Positions 61,490 through 64,000 of a DNA stretch of 64,000 nt are shown piece by piece. Every line of letters begins with the position of its first letter. Position 1 is the stretch's first letter. Under the pieces are notes generated by a model. That model saw only the letters and a list, made by a program, of their open reading frames with translations, did no database searches and was not told the DNA's origin. A program made the position numbers and the translations under genes. This DNA is from Pristiophorus japonicus (Eukaryota), in assembly GCF_044704955.1 (NCBI RefSeq), contig NC_091999.1, forward strand, positions 9,920,001-9,984,000, in the 5' to 3' direction.

Positions 61490-63045
61490 CGAAGAGGTGG
61501 CCTTGGAATTAGCGGATGCATTGACAATAATTTTCCAACATTCCATAGGCTCTGGATCAGTTCCTATCGAGTGGAGGGTAGCCAATGTAACCCCACTTTT
61601 TAAAAAAGGAGTTAGAGAGAAAACAGGGAATTATAGATCGGTCAGCCTGACCTCAGTAGTGGGTAAAATGATGGAATCAATTATTAAGGATGTCATAGCA
61701 GCGCATTTGGAAAGAGGTGACATGATAGGTCCAAGTCAGCATGGATTTGTGAAAGGGAAATCATGCTTGACAAATCTTTTGGAATTTTTTGAGGATGTTT
61801 CCAGTAGAGTGGACAAGGGAGAACCAGTTGAGGTGGTGTATTTGGACTTTCAGAAGGCTTTCGACAAGGCCCCACACAAGAGATTAATGTGCAAAGTTAA
61901 AGCACCATGGGATTAGGGGTAGTGTGCTGACATGGATTGAGAACTGGTTGTCAGACAGGAAGCAAAGAGTAGGAGTAAAGGGGTACTTGTCAGAATGGCA
62001 GGCAGTGAATAGTGGGGTATCGCAAGGTTCTGTGCTGGGGCCCCAGCTGTTTACAATGTACATTAATGATTTAGACGAAGGGATTAAATTTAGTATCTCC
62101 AAATTTGCGGATGACACTAAGTTGGGTGGCAGTGTGAGCTGCGAGGAGGATACTATGAGGCTGCAGAGTGACTTGGATAGGTTAGGTGAGTGGGCAAATG
62201 CATGGCAGATGAAAAATATAATGTGGATAAATGTGAGGTTATCCACTTTGGTGGCAAAATCAGAGAGACAGACTATTATCTGAATGGTGACAGATTAGGA
62301 AAAGGGGAGGTGCAACGAGACCTGGGTGTCATGGTACATCAGTCATTGAAGGTTGGCATGCAGGTACAGCAGGCGGTTAAGAAAGCAAATGGCATGTTGG
62401 CCTTCATACCGAGGGGATTTGAGTACAGGGGCAGGGAGGTGTTGCTACAGTTGTACAGGGCCTTGATGAGGCCACATCTGGAGTATTGTGTACAGTTTTG
62501 GTCTCCTAACTTGAGGAAGGACATTCTTGCTATTGAGGGAGTGCAGCGAAGGTTCACCGGATTGATTCCCGGGATGGCGGGACTGACCTATCAAGAAAGA
62601 ATGGATCAACTGGGCTTATATTCACTGGAGTTCAGAAGAATGAGAGGGGATCTCATAGAAACGTTTGAAATTCTGATGGGTTCAGACAGGTTAGATGCAG
62701 GAAGAATGTTCCCAATGTTGGGGAAGTCCAAAACCAGGGGTAACAGTCTAAGGATAAGGGGTAAGCTATTTAGGACTGAGATGAGAAGAAGCCTCTTCAC
62801 CCAGAGAGTGGTGAACCTGTGGAATTCTTACCACAGAAAGTTGTATAGGCCAATTCACTAAATATATTCAAAAAGGAGTTAGATGAAGTCCTTACTACTA
62901 GCGGGTTCAAGGTGTATGGCGAGAAAGCAGGAATGGGGTACTGAAGTTGCATGTTCAGCCATGAACTCATTGAATGGCGGAGCAGGCTAGAAGGGCCCAA
63001 TGGCCTACTCCTGCACCTATATTCTATGTTTCTATGTTTCTATGA
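61490..63045 (+). mobile_element. CR1 LINE 3' half
   Basis: RT motifs including FADDTKL; (TTCTATGT)n tail. Confidence 0.92.
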
Positions 63046-64000
63046 TTTCCCTTTCATAAATCCATACTGACTTGGACCGATCCTGCACTGCTTTCCAAAT
63101 GCGCTGCTATTTCATCTTTAATAATTGATGGCAACATTTTCCCCACTACTGATGTCAGGCTAACGTTCTATAATTCCCCGTTTTCTCTCTCGCTCCTTTC
63201 TTAAAAAGTGGTGTTACATTAGCTACCCTCCAGTCCATAGGAACTGATCCATAGTCGATATACTGCTGGAAAATCATCACCAATGCATCCACCATTTCTA
63301 GGGCCACTTCCTTAAGTACTCTGGAATGCAGACTATCAGGCCCTGGGAATTTATCGGTCTTCAATCCCATCAGTTACCCGAACACAATTTCCTGACTTAT
63401 AAGGATTTCCTTCTGTATCTCATTCTCACTAGACCCTCGGTCCCCTAGTATTTCTGGAAGGTTATTTTTGTCTTCTTTCATGAAGACAGAACCAAAGTAT
63501 TTTTTGAACTGGTCTGCCATTTCTTTGTTCCCCATTATAAATTCACCTGATTCTGACTGCAAGGGACCTACGTTTGTCTTCACTAATCTTTTTCGCTTCA
63601 CATATCTATCGAAGCGTTTGCAGTCAGTTTTTATATTCCCAGCAAGCTTCCTCTCAAACTCTATTTTCCCCCTCCGAATGAAACCATTCGTTCTCCTCTG
63701 CTGAATTCTAAATTTCTCCCAGTCCTCAGGTTTCCTGCTTTTTTTGGCCAATTTATATGCCTCTTCCTTGGATTTAACACTATCCCTAATTTCCCTCTAT
63801 GAGCCGAAGTTGAGCGACCTTCCCTGTTTTATTTTTACTCCAGACCGGGATGTACAATTGTTGAAGTTCATCCATGTGACCGTTAAATGTTTTCCATTGC
63901 CTATCCACCGTCACCACTTTCAGTATCGTTCACCAGTTTATTCTAGCCAATTCACGTCTCATAGCATCGAAGTTACCTTTCCCTAATTCAAGGCCCTACT
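63045..64000 (-). mobile_element. CR1 ORF2 fragment
   Basis: [17 protein letters not shown]; KFPGPDSLHSRVLKE. Confidence 0.9.

Overview
This is repeat-rich vertebrate genomic DNA from a cartilaginous fish, almost certainly a shark. It is the V-segment region of the T-cell receptor alpha/delta locus. About ten TCR V-alpha/delta segments with 23-bp RSSs lie in both orientations: three have open V exons and the rest are pseudogenes or relics. At 50.2-53.9 kb on the minus strand is a complete but decayed NAR-TCR-type cassette: leader, IgNAR-like V, J, then a leaderless supporting V-delta with a CDR1 cysteine. Unusually, the NAR V carries a 12-bp-spacer RSS facing a 23-bp-spacer J with no D segment between them. 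This fits either a germline-joined VD or a D-less V-J unit. Head-to-head with the cassette is an IgM heavy-chain remnant (C-mu4 plus secretory tail and a TM exon) with no V, J or C-mu1-3. A second, truncated supporting V-delta at 15.7 kb belongs to a segmental duplication. Most of the remaining sequence is CR1, RTE, other LINE, Penelope, Gypsy, Deu-SINE, MITE and simple or tandem repeats. All calls come from reading the sequence by eye, and repeat boundaries are approximate.
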